Notes: generated by a model not told the origin, from the sequence alone. Shown: positions 10,087-19,770, counted from the stretch's first letter. The stretch: DNA of 64,000 bases from Candidatus Multivorans sp. (GCA_965205295.1 OZ242167.1:3826007-3890006), one strand, 5' to 3'. Numbers and translations: made by a program.

Positions 10087-10362
10087 ATGGCCGGAAAGGC
10101 AGACATCGTAGAAGCCGTAGCCGATGGCGCGGGTCTAAGCAAGAAGCAGGCGGCGGATGCCGTCCAGTCCCTCATCGACAGCATCTCCAGCCACCTGCAG
10201 AACGATGATCGTGTGCAACTGCCCGGCCTCGGCAGTTTCTCGGTTTCGCACCGCGCCGGCCGCACGGGCCGCAACCCGAAGACCGGCGAGTCGATCGAGA
10301 TTGCCGCGAGCAACGGCGTTCGCTTCAAGGTCAGCCGTCCGCTCAAGGACGCCCTCAACTAG
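10087..10362 (+). CDS. hup: DNA-binding protein HU (HU/IHF family)
   Basis: The 91-aa product contains GLGSFSVSHRAGRTGRNPKTGESIEI, the beta-arm signature. A strong RBS is present. Confidence 0.93.
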   Translation: MAGKADIVEAVADGAGLSKKQAADAVQSLIDSISSHLQNDDRVQLPGLGSFSVSHRAGRTGRNPKTGESIEIAASNGVRFKVSRPLKDALN

Positions 10363-10369
10363 CGCTACC

Positions 10370-10401
10370 GGAGCCTCCGCGCTCGTCAGGGAGGCTGCTC
10401 C
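10370..10401 (+). terminator. GC-rich hairpin downstream of hup (possible intrinsic terminator, no U-tract)
   Basis: GGAGCCTCC-(11 nt)-GGAGGCT pairs as a 7-8 bp GC stem. In high-GC genomes terminators often lack the T-run. Confidence 0.25.
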
Positions 10402-10516
10402 GCAGGACCGTATCGTCCTGTGGCGCAGCCTCCAGGTGCGTGGTGGGAGCGGAAGCGCGCTCACGTGGTTGCGCGGCGGCGCTTGATGCCGGCCTGAGGT
10501 CGGCGCGCCCGGCTTC

Positions 10517-11200
10517 TCAGCGCACCAGACGGTAGAGGCCTGCGAGGCGCGCGGGCTTGACGCCGGCTGCGAAGAGCAGCCAGATCAGCCAATTCGTCGC
10601 CACCGTTCGAACGACACCACGTTCGATGAATCGGCGTGACGAGGTGGTAGCGCGCCGGGAGATGATCGAGATCGATCCTTGCCGGCGGAGTCGCCGGATG
10701 AAGTCCAGGTCTTCGAGGATCGGGAGGTCGGAGAAGCCGCCGCAGCCGGCGTAGGCCGCCGCGGTGGCGAATTGCGCCTGGTCGCCCAGCGGCATACGCA
10801 GCCGGTTTGTCCGGAGATCGACCAGGCGGCGGCCCAGGCGCAGGAGTGGCGGCGCCGCTTCGAAGTCGACCAGGAAACCGCCGCCGACGGCCTTGCGGTT
10901 GACCGCTTGCTCTATCGCGGGTCGAGCCGAGACGGGGAGGCGTGTATCGGCGTGGAGGAACAGCAGCACGTCGGCGCCGGCGTCGAGCGCCAGGGCAGCG
11001 CCGGTGCGCAGTTGCAGACCGCGCCCCGGTCGCGGGGCGGTCGCTACCGTGGCGCCGGCTCGCCGCGCCAGTTCGACGGTGCGATCCCGGCTGCCTCCGT
11101 CGACGACGATCAGATCGTCGCAGTGGTTGCGGGCGGCGGCGACCGCCGCCTGCACCGCGCCCTCTTCCTCGAGCACCGGCATGACGATGGCGAGGCGCAT
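10517..11200 (-). CDS. family 2 glycosyltransferase (TIGR04283-like)
   Basis: The conserved N-terminus MRLAIVMPVLEEE and the DGGSRDRT motif are present. The longer track ORF (to 11467) overlaps moaC on the other strand. The start was set at ATG 11200 (cat at 11198-11200). Confidence 0.75.
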   Translation of the reverse strand: MRLAIVMPVLEEEGAVQAAVAAARNHCDDLIVVDGGSRDRTVELARRAGATVATAPRPGRGLQLRTGAALALDAGADVLLFLHADTRLPVSARPAIEQAVNRKAVGGGFLVDFEAAPPLLRLGRRLVDLRTNRLRMPLGDQAQFATAAAYAGCGGFSDLPILEDLDFIRRLRRQGSISIISRRATTSSRRFIERGVVRTVATNWLIWLLFAAGVKPARLAGLYRLVR

Positions 11201-11258
11201 CGTGCGGTAGGTTAGCCGCCTGTGCGGTTCGCCCTTTGTCGCGTCCCGCATCGCCGGT

Positions 11259-11735
11259 ATGGGCGCCGACTCCTCTTTCAGCCACCTCGACCGTCGCGGG
11301 CGCGCGGCCATGGTCGATGTCTCGGCCAAGGACGTGACCCGTCGGGTGGCCGAGGCTTCATGCCGGGTGCTGCTGTCCGGCGATACGGTCGATCGGTTGG
11401 AGAGGCTGCCCAAGGGCGACGCCCTCACGGTGGCGCGAGTGGCGGGCGTGCAGGCTGCAAAGAGCACGGCTACCTGGGTGCCGCTCGCTCATCCACTGGC
11501 GCTCGACCAGGTGGAAGTGGAGATCGAACCCGGCGAGGGAGGCGTGACGATTCGCAGCCGGGTGGTGGTCACCGCGCGCACCGGCGCCGAGATGGAGGCT
11601 CTGACCGCGTGCGCGGCGGCATCGCTCGCGCTCTACGACATGGTCAAGTCGGTCGAACGCGGCGCCGTGATCACCGATCTGCTGCTGGAGGCGAAGAGCG
11701 GCGGTCGAAGCGGCGAGTACCGCCGCGGCCGCTAG
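11259..11735 (+). CDS. moaC: cyclic pyranopterin monophosphate synthase MoaC
   Basis: The 158-aa product carries MVDVSAKDVTRRVA, GDALTVARVAGVQAAK and ALTACAAASLALYDM, a strong MoaC family pattern. Confidence 0.9.
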   Translation: MGADSSFSHLDRRGRAAMVDVSAKDVTRRVAEASCRVLLSGDTVDRLERLPKGDALTVARVAGVQAAKSTATWVPLAHPLALDQVEVEIEPGEGGVTIRSRVVVTARTGAEMEALTACAAASLALYDMVKSVERGAVITDLLLEAKSGGRSGEYRRGR

Positions 11736-11741
11736 CAGCCC

Positions 11742-12926
11742 GTGGCGGTCCGTTCCGGCCTCGACCGACTGCTGGACGACGCCAAGCGTCTGAAGGGCCG
11801 TCGCTACGCGCTTCTGTGCCACCAGGCGTCGCTGAGTCGCGGCGGCGTCCACGCCCACCTGGCTTTGGCAGCGGCGCAGCCGGCGGCGGCTCTGTTGGGT
11901 CCGGAGCACGGCTTCTACGGCGTCGAGCAGGACATGGTCGCCTCGCGCGACAAGAGGGATCCGTGGACGGGCTCGCCGGTGGTCTCCCTCTACGGCGACG
12001 ATGCCGCCAGTCTGCGCCCCCAACCCGGCGTTTTCGATGGCTGCGACCTGCTGGTGATCGATCTCCAGGATGTGGGCGCGCGCTACTACACCTTCGCCGC
12101 CACCGCCGTGTGGGCGGCCGAGGCCGCGCTCGCGGCGGACTGTGAGGTCTGGATCCTCGACCGGCCGAACCCCCTGGGCGGCCGGGAAGTGGAGGGCAAC
12201 CTGCTGGACCTCGACTTCGCCTCCTTCGTGGGCGCCTTTCGCATGCCGCAGCGGCACGGGTTGACGCTGGCGGAGATCGTCCTCCTGGAGGCGCGGCGCC
12301 GCCATTGGGACACCGCTTCGCTCGCCGTCTTCGAGGTCCAGGGTTGGCGGCGCGAGCAGACCTGGCAGGACATGGGCTGGCCGTGGACGGCGCCATCGCC
12401 GAACATGCCGACGCCGGACACCGCCGCCATCTACCCGGGCCTGTGCCTGTTCGAAGCGACGACCGTGTCCGAGGGTCGCGGCACGACGCGGCCGTTTCAG
12501 CTTCTCGGGACGCCCGGCGCCGACGCGCCCGCCCTCGCCGGTCGCTGCCTGGCGCGCCTTGGCGCCGCCGGACTGACCGGTGTCTCGGTCGTCCCCGCCA
12601 TGTTCAGACCTCAGTTTCAGAAGCACGCAGGGGCGGTCTGTGCCGGTGTGGAACTCCGCGTCCTGGACGTCGGGGCCCTTCAGCCGGTACGCCTCGGATT
12701 CGAGTTGCTGCTTGCCTTTCGCGATGTCCTGGGGCCGGCCTTCGACTGGCGCGCCGAACCCTACGAGTTCGTGTCCGACACGCCGGCGGTCGACCTGCTC
12801 GCCGGTACCGATCGCTTCCGGCTCGGCCTCGATTCGCCGGACGCGCTCGAACGCTGGTACGCGACCTGGCGCGACGACGAAGACGAGTTCCGCGCCGAGC
12901 GCGAATCGGTCTTGCTGTACTCCTGA
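11742..12926 (+). CDS. DUF1343 family protein (NamZ/YbbC-like exo-beta-N-acetylmuramidase family)
   Basis: LLVIDLQDVGARYYTF and ILDRPNPLGG motifs are characteristic of DUF1343. Confidence 0.7.
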   Translation: MAVRSGLDRLLDDAKRLKGRRYALLCHQASLSRGGVHAHLALAAAQPAAALLGPEHGFYGVEQDMVASRDKRDPWTGSPVVSLYGDDAASLRPQPGVFDGCDLLVIDLQDVGARYYTFAATAVWAAEAALAADCEVWILDRPNPLGGREVEGNLLDLDFASFVGAFRMPQRHGLTLAEIVLLEARRRHWDTASLAVFEVQGWRREQTWQDMGWPWTAPSPNMPTPDTAAIYPGLCLFEATTVSEGRGTTRPFQLLGTPGADAPALAGRCLARLGAAGLTGVSVVPAMFRPQFQKHAGAVCAGVELRVLDVGALQPVRLGFELLLAFRDVLGPAFDWRAEPYEFVSDTPAVDLLAGTDRFRLGLDSPDALERWYATWRDDEDEFRAERESVLLYS

Positions 12927-13023
12927 AGCGCTGCAACAATCCGCCGGCGGCAGGTCGCTTCCGGTCCGGCCGTCACTTAGCCCAGTCCAGCCGACCCGAG
13001 CCTGAACCCCGCCCCGAACCCGA

Positions 13024-14610
13024 ATGGACGTGCAGCCGATGCCGCGGATCCTGATTGCCGATTCCCTGGCGCCGGCAGGCGTCGAGTTGCTGCGCGAGAG
13101 CGCGGAAGTGGACGAGCTTCGAGACGAGGATCGTCCACGGCTCGCCTCGTTGATCGCGAACTACGACGCGGTCATCGTGCGCAGCGGAACCCAGATCACC
13201 CGCGAGGTTCTGGAGGGCGGCGACCGTCTCAAGGTGGTGGGCCGTGCCGGGGTGGGCGTCGACAACATCGACATAGCAGCCGCTACGCAGCGCGGCGTGC
13301 TGGTGATCAACGCGCCGACCGCCAACTCGCTTTCGGCCACCGAGCACACATTCGCCCTGCTGCTGGCGCTGGCGCGGCGGATTCCGTCGGCCGACGCGTC
13401 GCTCAAGGCGAAGCGCTGGGACCGCAAGAGCCACGTGGGCAGCGAGCTGCAGGGGAAGGCGCTCGGCGTGATCGGCTTCGGTCAGATCGGTCGGCGGGTG
13501 GCCACCCGGGCCCGGGCCTTCGAGATGGAAGTGCTCGCCTACGACCCCTTCCTGCAGGCGGAGGTTGCGCGGCGACTCGATGTCGAGCCGGTGGCTCTGC
13601 GTGATCTGCTCGCCCGGTCCGACTTCATCACCTTCCACACGCCGCTTACGGATCAGACCAGGAACATGCTCGACGAATCGCGCATTGCCCTGATGAAGGA
13701 CGGCGCGGCCGTGATCAACGTCGGGCGCGGCGGAGTGGTCGACGGCGAGGCGCTGCTCGCGGCGCTCGAGTCCGGCAAGCTCGCCGGCGCGGGTCTGGAC
13801 GTGTTCCCGGAGGAACCGCCGTCGGACTACCGGCTCGCTGCCCACCCGAACGTGGTGGCGACGCCCCACATCGGCGCCCAGACGACCGAGGCGCAGGAGC
13901 GCATCGCCACCGAGACGGCCCGCATGGTGCTCGCCGCGCTTCGTGGCTCGCTCGCGGTGTCGGCGGTGAATCTGCCGTTCCGATCCTCGGGTTCTCGCGG
14001 CGAACCGTTCCTGCGGTTGGGCGAGCAACTCGGCCGGCTGGCCGCGGTTGCGCTCGGCGGCAGCCTGCAGCGTATCCAGGTGGACCTGTGGGGCATCGAC
14101 GACGATTTGAGGAAATCGGCTGCGGTGGCCGCGCTCAAGGGCGCACTGACGCCGTCCTGCGGCGAGGCGGTGAACTACGTGAATGCCGAGCGCACGGCTG
14201 CCGACCGCCGCATCGAACTCGTGCAGGCCACCCACAGCGACCAGGCCACGTACGCTCACCTGGTGCGGGTCGAGGCCAGGAACGCCGAAGGGGGCAGCAT
14301 TCAGGTCGCCGGAACCGTCTACCGCCGGGGGGACCTGCGGGTCGTCTCGTTCGCGGGCTTCCGGTTGGAGTTCAAACCCCAGGGCCTTCTGCTCATCATC
14401 CGCAACGAAGATGTCCCCGGGTTCGTGGGCCGGCTCGGCACGCTGCTCGGCGACGACGGCATCAACATCGCCGACATCCACCTGGCCCGTGAACCGGGCG
14501 CCCACGCCCTGGCCGTCCTGCGTCTCGACGAGGCCCCGAACGAGGCGTGCATGGCCGCGCTGCTGGCCCTGGACGAATCGATCTCGGTCGACCTCGTCGA
14601 CCTTTCGTAG
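13024..14610 (+). CDS. serA: D-3-phosphoglycerate dehydrogenase with C-terminal ACT domain
   Basis: An NAD-binding GFGQIGRRVA motif, the 2-hydroxyacid DH catalytic region and a C-terminal ACT (LLIIRNEDVPGFVGRLGTLLGDDGINIA) are present. The alternative ATG at 13039 (MPRILIAD) is the more typical start. Confidence 0.9.
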   Translation: MDVQPMPRILIADSLAPAGVELLRESAEVDELRDEDRPRLASLIANYDAVIVRSGTQITREVLEGGDRLKVVGRAGVGVDNIDIAAATQRGVLVINAPTANSLSATEHTFALLLALARRIPSADASLKAKRWDRKSHVGSELQGKALGVIGFGQIGRRVATRARAFEMEVLAYDPFLQAEVARRLDVEPVALRDLLARSDFITFHTPLTDQTRNMLDESRIALMKDGAAVINVGRGGVVDGEALLAALESGKLAGAGLDVFPEEPPSDYRLAAHPNVVATPHIGAQTTEAQERIATETARMVLAALRGSLAVSAVNLPFRSSGSRGEPFLRLGEQLGRLAAVALGGSLQRIQVDLWGIDDDLRKSAAVAALKGALTPSCGEAVNYVNAERTAADRRIELVQATHSDQATYAHLVRVEARNAEGGSIQVAGTVYRRGDLRVVSFAGFRLEFKPQGLLLIIRNEDVPGFVGRLGTLLGDDGINIADIHLAREPGAHALAVLRLDEAPNEACMAALLALDESISVDLVDLS

Positions 14611-14636
14611 TCGGAGCCGGGCACGGGTGGCGGTGG

Positions 14637-14827
14637 GGCGCACCCGCCGGCTGGGGGCTCAGGGGGGTCCACCTCCAGGTGGCGTGAGCGCTCTCTGAGT
14701 TCTGGAGGGGGTGGCGCTCACTCCACTCCGCTCGCTTCGGTACGTTGTCGGTTTCTGTGAGGATCCGGGGCGTCGCTCGCTCCGAGGCACCTGGAGGTTG
14801 ACCCCCCTGAGCCCCTGGCGCCGGCTG
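14637..14827. repeat. MITE-like ~190-bp element, copy A, with ~28-bp terminal inverted repeats (GGGGCTCAGGGGGGTCCACCTCCAGGTG ... CACCTGGAGGTTGACCCCCCTGAGCCCC)
   Basis: The reverse complement of 14637-14827 matches 17150-17340 almost base for base, including flanks. Internal palindromes are present (GTGAGCGC...GCGCTCAC). The copy sits 27 nt after the serA stop, upstream of purB. Confidence 0.85.
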
Positions 14828-14889
14828 AGACGCGTGTTTGCCGGCTAAACCTCAGCGCCGTCAACAACTTGCGCTGGTAGACTTCGCCC

Positions 14890-16320
14890 ATGGCCGCAGC
14901 GAGGGAAGCACCGCAGAATCCGCTTCACGAGCGTTACGCGAGCGCGGAGATGGCGCGGCTGTTTTCGGGCCGGCACCGCTTCCGGACCTGGCGTCGGATG
15001 TGGATCTGTCTGGCCGAAAACCAGGCGGCGCTGGGGCTGCCAATCAGCGAGCGACAGCTCGCCGCGCTGCGCGAGCATGCGGACGATCTCGACCTGGAGC
15101 GGGTGGCACAGCTCGAACGCGAAACGCGCCACGATGTGGTGGCCCACCTGCGACACTTCGCCGAAGTCAGCGGCGACGCCGGCAGCATTCTTCACCTGGG
15201 CGCGACGTCCGCGTTCATCACCGACAACACGGACGTGCTGATCATCCGGGAGGCCCTCGACCTGGTCGCGGGCAGGCTGACGGCCACAGCCGCCGAGCTG
15301 GCCAGCTTCGCCCGCAGGGAGCGCGCAACGACCGCGCTCGCCTACACCCACTTCCAGTCGGCCCAGTTGACGACACTGGGCAAGCGCGCCTGCCTCTGGC
15401 TGCAGGACTTCCTCACCGACCTCGAAGAAGTGGCCAATCGCCGCGACCGGCTGCGCTGCCGTGGCGCCAAGGGCACCACCGGCACGCAGGCCTCCTTCCT
15501 GACCCTGTTCGGCGGCGACCACGGCAAGGTCCGCGAACTCGACGCCCGGGTGTCCACGGCGCTGGGCTTCGACTCGAGTTGGCGGATCACCGGCCAGACC
15601 TACCCGCGCAAGCAGGACAGTCAGGTCCTGCACGCACTGTCCGGAGCCGCGGAGAGTTGCCACAAGTTCGGCAGCGACCTGCGGCTGCTGCAGGGCGTTG
15701 GCGAACTGTCCGAGCCCTTCGACGAGAACCAGGTCGGTTCCTCGGCGATGGCCTACAAGCGCAACCCGGTGCGGGCCGAGCGCATGTGCTCGTTGTCGCG
15801 GCGGATCATGACCGACTCCCTGCACGGCGCCCTGAATGCAGGCACGCAGTGGCTGGAGCGCAGTCTCGACGACTCGGCGAACCGACGCCTGGTGCTGACC
15901 GACTGTTTCCTGACCGTCGATGCCGTGCTGCTTCTGGCCGCGAACATTGCCCAGGGCCTGTGGGTGAACGAAGCTGCAACCGCCGCCCGAGTGAGGCGCG
16001 AACTTCCGTTCATGGCCACCGAGACCTTCCTGATGGAGGCGTCGCTGCGCGGCGGCGACCGTCAGGAACTGCACGAGCGCATTCGCCAGCACAGTCTCGA
16101 GGCCTACGCGCGGGTCTCCGCGGGGGAGCCGAATCCGCTGATCGACCTGATCGCGGCCGATCCGTCGTTCGGGCTCGGCCGGGACGAGCTCGAATCCCTG
16201 GTCGACGCGGATTCCTTTACGGGGCGCTCTGCCCAGCAAGTCGACGATTTCCTGGCTGAGGCTGTCGAACCGGCGCTGGAACGGCACCGCGCCGCGGCGG
16301 TCGAGGCGCCGAGGGTGTGA
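14890..16320 (+). CDS. purB: adenylosuccinate lyase
   Basis: The 476-aa product has fumarate-lyase family motifs (GATSAFITDN, TGQTYPRKQD, SSAMAYKRNP). Confidence 0.92.
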   Translation: MAAAREAPQNPLHERYASAEMARLFSGRHRFRTWRRMWICLAENQAALGLPISERQLAALREHADDLDLERVAQLERETRHDVVAHLRHFAEVSGDAGSILHLGATSAFITDNTDVLIIREALDLVAGRLTATAAELASFARRERATTALAYTHFQSAQLTTLGKRACLWLQDFLTDLEEVANRRDRLRCRGAKGTTGTQASFLTLFGGDHGKVRELDARVSTALGFDSSWRITGQTYPRKQDSQVLHALSGAAESCHKFGSDLRLLQGVGELSEPFDENQVGSSAMAYKRNPVRAERMCSLSRRIMTDSLHGALNAGTQWLERSLDDSANRRLVLTDCFLTVDAVLLLAANIAQGLWVNEAATAARVRRELPFMATETFLMEASLRGGDRQELHERIRQHSLEAYARVSAGEPNPLIDLIAADPSFGLGRDELESLVDADSFTGRSAQQVDDFLAEAVEPALERHRAAAVEAPRV

Positions 16321-17042
16321 GCCGGACACGGTCACTGGCCGCACTGGTTGGCGTCCTGTTCTCGGTCGGCTGCGCTTCGACCTCGGCTCTCGAAACCCCT
16401 CGCCGCGGGACCACCCAGGAAGGACTCGCGTCCTGGTACGGCGCGCAGTTCAACGGCCGAGCCACCGCCAGCGGCGAGGTCTACGACATGAACCGAATCT
16501 CCGCGGCCCACAAGCAACTGCCCTTCGGCACCGTCGTCGAAGTCGAGAACAGGGACAACGGCCGCAAACTGCGGCTCCCGATCAACGACCGCGGCCCGTT
16601 CATCAAGGGCCGGATCATCGATCTTTCACTGGGTGCCGCGCGGCAACTCGACATGTTCGGCGCTGGGCTCGCCAGGGTGCGAATTCGCGTCGTGCAGATG
16701 GCGCCCGAAGGCCGCAACCTGCCGATCTCCTACCCGGCGAACGGACGTCCCCCGAAGAACTCTCGTGCCGAGGCCGCGCGCAAGGCGGCGCCCAAAGCCT
16801 CATCACCGGCTCGCCGAAACGAGCGCTCCGGCTTCACGATCCAGGCCGGCGCGTTCAGGGAACGCAGCGGGGCCGTCGATCTGGCCCGTCGCCTCCGCCG
16901 CGATCTCCGCCTGGACAAGGTCAGGATCCGCGAGGAAGCTGGCTGGTACCGCGTTCAGATCGACCGCCGGCGCCAGAAGGCCGCCGACCTCGTACGACAG
17001 AAACTGGAGAAAGCCGGTATCGCCGCGATCGTTCTACGCTGA
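16317..17042 (+). CDS. rlpA: septal ring lytic transglycosylase RlpA-family lipoprotein with C-terminal SPOR domain
   Basis: A lipobox FSVGC is followed by a DPBB domain (GLASWYGAQFNGRATASGEVYDMNRISAAHKQLPFGT) and a SPOR-like C-terminus. The GTGA start overlaps the purB stop. Confidence 0.85.
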   Translation: MSRTRSLAALVGVLFSVGCASTSALETPRRGTTQEGLASWYGAQFNGRATASGEVYDMNRISAAHKQLPFGTVVEVENRDNGRKLRLPINDRGPFIKGRIIDLSLGAARQLDMFGAGLARVRIRVVQMAPEGRNLPISYPANGRPPKNSRAEAARKAAPKASSPARRNERSGFTIQAGAFRERSGAVDLARRLRRDLRLDKVRIREEAGWYRVQIDRRRQKAADLVRQKLEKAGIAAIVLR

Positions 17043-17149
17043 TTGCGGGGCTCACCCGCCTGGTCCTCTTGGAAGACCAAAGAGTGTCGGCAGGTTCAGT
17101 TCCGCCACGGTTCCCGACCGCCCGGCCGCCGGTTCTTCGACGACGTCCA

Positions 17150-17340
17150 GCCGGCGCCAGGGGCATGGGGGGGTCAACCTCCAGGTGCCTCGGAGCGAGC
17201 GACGCCCCGGATCCTCACAGAAACCGACAACGTACCGAAGCGAGCGGAGTGGAGTGAGCGCCACCCCCTCCAGAACTCAGAGAGCGCTCACGCCACCTGG
17301 AGGTTGACCCCCCCATGCCCCCAGCCGGCGGGTGCGCAGC
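17150..17340. repeat. MITE-like ~190-bp element, copy B (inverted relative to copy A)
   Basis: This copy is near-identical to the reverse complement of 14637-14827. It fills the space between convergent rlpA (stop 17042) and argF (stop 17343-17345) exactly, and may act as a bidirectional terminator. Confidence 0.85.
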
Positions 17341-17342
17341 AG

Positions 17343-18263
17343 CTACGCGCGGTCGAGGAGGCGCAGCATGACGGCCTTCTGGGTGTGCATGCGGTTCTCG
17401 GCCTGGTCGAAGACGCGGCTCCGGGGGCCGTCCACGACCGAGGCGGTGACCTCCTCGCCCCGGTGGCACGGCAGGCAGTGGAGGTAGATCGCGTGATCGG
17501 CCGCCCGGGACATCAGGTCGTCGTCGACGGTGTAGCCCTCGAAGTCGGCGAGCCGTTGCTTTCGCTCCTCCTCCTGGCCCATCGAGGTCCAGACGTCGCT
17601 GTAAACGGCGTCCGTGCCGGCGGCGGCGGCCTGCGGGTCGGCGCCGGTTTCGATCCCGGCGCCGGTATCGGCGGCGAGTTCGCGTGCGAGGTCGAGGTAC
17701 TTGTCCGCGACTTCGTAGCCCGGAGGCGAGGCGATGGAGAAGTCGAGACCGGCGCGGGCGCAGGCGATCATCAGGGAGTGCGCGACGTTGTTGCCGTCGC
17801 CGATGTAGGCGATCCTTCGACCACGCAGTTCGCCGAACTCCTGGCGGACGGTCATCAGGTCGGCGAGCGCCTGACAGGGGTGCAGTTCGTCGGTCAGCCC
17901 GTTGATCACGGGCACGTTGGCGTGTTCGGCCATCTCCACCACGGTGCTGTGCTCGAAGGTGCGGAGCATCAGGAGGTCCACGTATCGCGACAGGACGCGG
18001 GCGGTGTCCGCGATCGTCTCCCCGCGGCCGATCTGCAGGTCGCGGTTGGAGAGGAAGATCGCCTGGCCTCCGAGTTGCGCCATCCCGGCCTCGAAGCTGA
18101 CCCGGGTTCGAGTGGACGCCATCTCGAAGTAGAGACCGATCGACTTGCCCCTGAGCGTGTCGCGATGTGACTGGGGCCTGGATTCGAGTTGCAATGCCAG
18201 CTCGAGAATCGACTCGAGTTGACCGTCTTCGAGGTCGGCGATCGAGATCAGGTGTTCGGGCAT
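17343..18263 (-). CDS. argF: ornithine carbamoyltransferase
   Basis: STRTRVSFE, HPCQALADLMT, DVWTSMGQE and HCLPCHRGEEV motifs indicate OTC rather than ATCase. The start was set at ATG 18263 (cat 18261-18263), preceded by a GGAGGGAGG RBS. The track ORF extends spuriously to 18743. Confidence 0.9.
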   Translation of the reverse strand: MPEHLISIADLEDGQLESILELALQLESRPQSHRDTLRGKSIGLYFEMASTRTRVSFEAGMAQLGGQAIFLSNRDLQIGRGETIADTARVLSRYVDLLMLRTFEHSTVVEMAEHANVPVINGLTDELHPCQALADLMTVRQEFGELRGRRIAYIGDGNNVAHSLMIACARAGLDFSIASPPGYEVADKYLDLARELAADTGAGIETGADPQAAAAGTDAVYSDVWTSMGQEEERKQRLADFEGYTVDDDLMSRAADHAIYLHCLPCHRGEEVTASVVDGPRSRVFDQAENRMHTQKAVMLRLLDRA

Positions 18264-18369
18264 GTGAGGCCTCCCTCCGTTGGGCCGGATCGTATGGGGC
18301 GGGCTACACTGCCTGTCCCTTGGCTCTCTCTCGGGGCGAATAATACACCACTCTGGCGCACGATTATTC

Positions 18370-18969
18370 ATGACGAGTTCCAGGCGCCGACAGGTGAGCG
18401 GCGGAAACGGCAACGAGCGACCGTGGGTGCTGGTCACCGGGAACGCCAACAAGCGGCGAGAGGCGGAACGGATCGTCGGCCACCGGCTGGAGACGGTGGA
18501 GATCGACCTGCCGGAGATCCAGTCGGGCGACCTGATCGAGGTGCTGCGGTTCAAGGCCGAGTCCGCCTGGCAGCGGCTCGAGCGGCCGGTTGTCGTCGAG
18601 GAGACCGGTCTGGAACTGGCCTGCATGAACGGCTTTCCAGGTCCGCTGGTGAAGTGGATGCTGGAGGCGGTCGGCGACGAAGGCATTGCGCAGATCGCGA
18701 TTCGCGCCGGCGACCCGGGCGTCGTGGCCCGGTGCGCCCTCATGCTCCTGGACGGTGAGCGGGAGGTGATCGCCGAGGGCTCGACCGCCGGCAGGCTGGT
18801 GCTGCCGCCGCGAGGCGTGGGTGGCTTCGGCTGGGATCCGGTGTTCGAGCCCGACGGACTCGAGCGGACCTACGCCGAACTCGGCGCCGAGGTCAAGGAC
18901 CGGATCGGCCACCGCGGCCGCGCCTGGCGCGAGTTCCTGCGGGCGCTCGGTACCGATCCGCGGCTCTAA
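18370..18969 (+). CDS. rdgB: non-canonical purine NTP pyrophosphatase (RdgB/Ham1/ITPase family)
   Basis: Motifs LVTGNANKRRE, ETGLELACMNGFPGPLVKW and FGWDPVFEP are present. The gene is divergent from argF, with a ~107-bp shared region. Confidence 0.85.
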   Translation: MTSSRRRQVSGGNGNERPWVLVTGNANKRREAERIVGHRLETVEIDLPEIQSGDLIEVLRFKAESAWQRLERPVVVEETGLELACMNGFPGPLVKWMLEAVGDEGIAQIAIRAGDPGVVARCALMLLDGEREVIAEGSTAGRLVLPPRGVGGFGWDPVFEPDGLERTYAELGAEVKDRIGHRGRAWREFLRALGTDPRL

Positions 18970-19571
18970 GGGAGCTGGGCCTGCCGCCTCAAGGCTGAAA
19001 GGACAGTCTCGACCTGGGCCCGCAACTGGTCCAGGCCGCCGTCGTTCTCGATCACATGGTCGGCCGCGGCGCGGCGGTCCTCGGTGCGGGCCTGGGCTTC
19101 CATGCGCGCTTGTGCCTGGTCTCGGTCGAGGCCCCGCTTGACCGCGCGGTCGAGGCGGACTTCGCTTGGCGCTTCGACGGTGATCACGGCGTCGTATCGT
19201 CCACGACCGCCGGTCTCGGCCAGTAGCGGGACCTCGAAGACGACGACCGAGCCGTCGCCGGCGGACTCGAGGATCTGCAGGTAGCGGCGTCCGACCAACG
19301 GATGGATGGCCTGCTCCAGGCGCTTGCGGCTCGCCGCGTCGGCGAACACTGAACGTCCCAGTGCCTCCTTGTCGACCGAGCCGTCCGCCTTCAGCATCTC
19401 GGCGCCGAAGAGGTCGGCGACGGCCTGTGCGCCCGGCTCGCCCGGCCGGTACATGTCGGCGACGAGGGCGTCGGCGTCCGTGACGATGCAACCCATTCCG
19501 GCGAGCATGCCGCCCACCGTCGACTTGCCGCTGGCGATTCCGCCGGTGAGTCCGACCCGTAGAGCAGTCAT
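18966..19571 (-). CDS. coaE: dephospho-CoA kinase
   Basis: The N-terminus is MTALRVGLTGGIASGKST (P-loop). The start was set at ATG 19571. The 3' end overlaps the rdgB stop by 4 nt, convergent. Confidence 0.88.
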   Translation of the reverse strand: MTALRVGLTGGIASGKSTVGGMLAGMGCIVTDADALVADMYRPGEPGAQAVADLFGAEMLKADGSVDKEALGRSVFADAASRKRLEQAIHPLVGRRYLQILESAGDGSVVVFEVPLLAETGGRGRYDAVITVEAPSEVRLDRAVKRGLDRDQAQARMEAQARTEDRRAAADHVIENDGGLDQLRAQVETVLSALRRQAQLP

Positions 19572-19622
19572 CGTGGCGGTGAGAATATGCCGCCCCGCCC
19601 GTCCACGGGACCATCGTTCGTC

Positions 19623-19651
19623 TTGACAAGCCCCGGCTGGGACTCTACGAT
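19623..19651 (+). promoter_or_regulatory. sigma70-like promoter (TTGACA-17-TACGAT) plus ~120-nt structured leader of the rplM-rpsI operon
   Basis: A perfect -35 and a 4/6 -10 lie at canonical spacing in the divergent region between coaE and rplM. A GC-rich leader (19652-19770) is a possible L13 autoregulatory structure. Confidence 0.45.
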
Positions 19652-19770
19652 CCCCGTTCCTCTGCGCGAGGAGGTTCGGTAGGAGTATGCCCACTCCTCC
19701 GCCAGTCTGTGCGCAACGGAGTGCCGGCATTCCGGCAGGTAAGGGCCAGCCGGCCGGGGTAGAAACACGA

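Noticed and set aside
18264-18369. ARG-box (ArgR operator) in argF/rdgB divergent region
   Set aside because: Only a weak ATTATTCA similarity is present. There is no paired 18-bp ARG box.
17343-18743. 466-aa version of argF
   Set aside because: The N-terminal 160 aa are Ser/Arg-rich junk overlapping the rdgB promoter region. OTC homology and a strong RBS begin at ATG 18263.
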